Shown here one piece after another: positions 60,761-64,000 of a DNA stretch of 64,000 bases (its first letter is position 1; the number at the start of each line of letters is the position of its first letter). The notes beneath the pieces were generated by a model. It worked only from the letters and a program-made list of their open reading frames with translations, did not search any database and was not told the DNA's origin. The stretch lies in NCBI RefSeq assembly GCF_009914755.1, contig NC_060931.1; one strand, 5' to 3'. Source of the DNA: the human T2T-CHM13v2.0 reference genome, Homo sapiens. The translations under genes were made by a program, and so were the position numbers.

Positions 60761-61108
60761 CGAAAATATGATTTAAAGGGTTTATTTGAGCCAAAATGAG
60801 GGCAGCTGCCTCAGACACACTTTGCAGCTGAAGGGACTGCTCCATTAGCTTTTCTTACAAGCAGGTTTTTAAAAGCAAAGGGAACAAGGAGAGGTCGATA
60901 CCAAGTTGTTGGACAGAAATTCTCATTGCTTTATAGCAATAATATTGATTAGTGATTAGCTATGCACTGTTGAATGACAGGATATGAGGTATGGTGTGCA
61001 ATGCAAATAGCATTTTATGGCTACCTGGAGTCAGTCAGTCTGAGTCAAGCCCACAGAGCAGATGGCTTCAAGAGATAATTATTTAGCTCAACGGGAAGTG
61101 ATATGACA

Positions 61109-61172
61109 GATGTTTCATTCCAATTGCATTTCAGTCCAAGCTATGACTGCAATGAAATTGGAATGAAACATC
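61109..61172. repeat. Inverted repeat, 28-bp arms (26/28 paired), 8-nt loop
   Basis: gatgtttcattccaattgcatttcagtc / gactgcaatgaaattggaatgaaacatc. Confidence 0.95.
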
Positions 61173-61216
61173 AATTTCAATTCAGGTTATGGGTTCCATA
61201 ACTTAAAGAGCTTGCA

Positions 61217-61530
61217 GCCAGTGTGGAGGCTCATGCCTCTAATCCCAACACTTTGGGAGGCCAAGGTGGGTGGGAGGATCGCTGGAGGCTAGGAGTTCAA
61301 GATCAGCCTGGGCAAAATAGTGAGACCCTGTCTCTACAAAAACAAAAATTAAAAGTAGACAGGATGGTGGCTCAGGCCTGTAAATCCCTGCTACTCAGGA
61401 GGCCGAGGCAGGAGGATCACTTGAGCTCAGGAGTTCAAAGCTGCAGTGAGCTATGATCACTCCATGACACTCTGGCCTGGGCAACAAAGTAAGACCCTGT
61501 ATAAAATAACATAATAAAATACAAATAAAA
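61217..61530 (+). mobile_element. AluJ
   Basis: Alu dimer. Confidence 0.9.
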
Positions 61531-61744
61531 AGCTTTCATCTCTTAAATAAAATCTATTTTCCTTTGTAAATCCCCCTCAGGCTTGATGACATGAAGTCCC
61601 CTGGGTGTAGAAAAGAGCAGTTCAGGGGGAGAGAAAGCCAAACTGGAGTAGCTGAGAGTTGACAGAGACTTCTGTTCCCAGCCATATAATAGACTGCACA
61701 CTTTCAACAACTCTCCTGCAGAAAACAACACAAACTAAATAAGG

Positions 61745-62220
61745 GTTTTGTTTTTGTTTTTTTTTTTTTCTGAGACAGAGTCTCGCTCTGTTGCCCAGGC
61801 TGGAGTGCAGTGATGCAATCTTGGCTCACTGCAACCTCTGCCTCCCCGGTTCAAGGATTCTCCTGTCTCAGCCTCTGGAGTAGCTGGGACTACAGGCGCG
61901 TGCCACCACACCTGGGTAATTTTTGTACTTTTAGTAGAGACAGGGTTTCACCATATTGGCCAGGTTAGTGTCGAACTCCTGACCTCAAGCGATCCGCCCA
62001 CCTCGGCCTCCCAAAGTGCTGGGATTACAGGCGTGAGCCACTGCACCCAGTCTGATTTTTTTTTTTTTTTTTTTTGATACAGAATCTCACTGTCACCCAG
62101 GCTTGCAGTGCAGTGGTGAGATCATTGCTCACTGCAACCTTGACCACCTGGGCTCAAGCAATCCTCTCACTTCAGCCTCCCAAAGTGCCGGGATTACAGC
62201 TGTGAGCGACTGCACCCAAC
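61745..62220 (-). mobile_element. AluS plus internally deleted Alu
   Basis: Antisense. Confidence 0.85.
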
Positions 62221-62740
62221 TTGTTTTTTGGTTTTTTTTTAAGTTTGTTTAAACACATATAATTCCAGGGCGTGTTTATAAATTTATGGAAACAATCTAG
62301 TAGAGAGAAGAAATGAATGATACAGGAGAAGAGAAGCAATCAATGAAGGAACCCAGTCCTTGATTCCACAGCATAGACAGATGTAGTCTGGGACAGGAAC
62401 CAAATACTTGGTCTTCTGAGCCAGGAGAGGTAGTAAAGATCTGGAGATGGGCTGGGGAGACACTGAGAGAGCTCCCCTCTGATGGCTTCAGATGGGAGCT
62501 GGGGGAAGGGGTGGGGAGGAAATGAGTATGAAACAGTCAACTTGGAGAGTAAGAAGGGGAATCTGCAAGGGAAGGTGTGAGCCTGTAGAGCACTTCTGCC
62601 TGTGGTCATGAATCTATAGTCAAACAATCAGCAGCAGACACAGGGAAGGCTGATGTGAAGGGGATGGTTTCAGCCTGGCTTGGGGTTTGGCCAATCGGGT
62701 TACAAGAGTGAGTGAGAGGTAAAGCAACTGAAAAGGTTAA

Positions 62741-63040
62741 GGCTGGGCACGGTGGCTCACGCCTGTAATCCCAGTACTTTGGGAGGCCGAGGTAGGTGGA
62801 TCACCTGAGGTCAGGAGTTTGAGACCAGCCTGGCCAACGTGGCAAAACCCCATCTCTACTAAAAATACAAAAATTAGCCGGGCATGGTGGCACACACCTG
62901 TAATCCCAGTTACTCAGGAGGCTGAAGCAGGAGAATCCTTGAACCCAGAAAGCAGAGGTTGCAGTAAGCCAAGATTGCGCCACTTGACTCCAGCCTGGGC
63001 AACAAAGCAAGACTCCATCTCAAACAAAAGAAAAAAAAAA
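62741..63040 (+). mobile_element. AluS
   Basis: Alu dimer. Confidence 0.9.
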
Positions 63041-63138
63041 TTGAAGAGATTTATAACAGAGTGAGGATAAAACTCAAAATGGAGTTTAAGGAGGGAAATA
63101 AAGTAAGTAGTTTCTACTACTCAATAAAAAAGGTATAG

Positions 63139-63455
<317 letters not shown>

Positions 63456-63475
63456 CAGATCAAAAGAATTTTAAA

Positions 63476-63772
63476 GGCCAGGCACAGTTGCTCATGCCTA
63501 TGATCCCAGCATTTTGGGAGGCCGGGCCAGTGGATCACTTGAGCCCAAGTGTTCAAAACCAGCCTGGGCAACATGGTGAAACTCCATCTCTGCAAAAAAT
63601 AGACAAATTAGCTAGGCATGGTGGCACATGCCTATAATCCCAGCTACTTGGGAGGCTGAAGTGGGAGGATCACCACTGCCTGGGGAGGTTGAGGCTGCAG
63701 TGAGCCATGATCATACCGTTGTACTCTGACTGGGGGTGACAGAATGAGACCCTTTCTCAAAAAAAAAAAAAA
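63476..63772 (+). mobile_element. AluJ
   Basis: Alu dimer, head-to-head with the previous Alu. Confidence 0.9.
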
Positions 63773-64000
63773 GGAGTGTTGTTAAAGTAGAGGCCACAGA
63801 ATGAGGTCATAGTAAGCATGAGAGGAACTTGAATTTCAGATGTGCCTATGTAAGGGAGAGACCAAGGTCAGTGGAGAAATGGTTGCTGGAGGTGTGAAGG
63901 CCAAGAAACTGCAGGCCAGGGTGCTAGACAGATCATCCGCAAGGATGCCACAGCCCCAAAGAATAATGATAGGAACAGGGATGGAGAGAGAAACAATGAG

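Larger units (their letters stand above)
60770..61545 (-). mobile_element. ERV1 (MER4-group-like) LTR fragment interrupted by an Alu
   Basis: Resembles reverse-strand MER4-group LTR (tttatttgagccaa..., attgattagtgattagctat); subfamily uncertain. Confidence 0.5.

Overview
Human or great-ape genomic DNA, almost entirely intronic. It contains about 85 Alus, old L1/L2/MIR fragments, DNA-transposon relics and several LTR elements. The host gene is on the minus strand and belongs to the TYW1 family (radical-SAM 4-demethylwyosine synthase, tRNA-Phe wybutosine pathway). Two intact exons are visible (55088-54966 and 30095-29978). A third exon (24191-~24148) is damaged and lacks its expected WTK-coding 3' end, which points to the TYW1B-type duplicate rather than TYW1; the paralog assignment rests on recalled protein sequences. 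I did not find the flanking exons in the window. The introns hold a ~10.2 kb two-LTR MER34-type provirus, a processed pseudogene of a short intron-polyadenylated TMEM68 isoform, a 3'UTR-only retrocopy, a solo LTR with intact CCAAT/TATA elements, and several small templated or inverted duplications. I see no new protein-coding system, and most ORF-track entries are Alu read-throughs. Repeat family names come from recalled consensus sequences and repeat boundaries are approximate.
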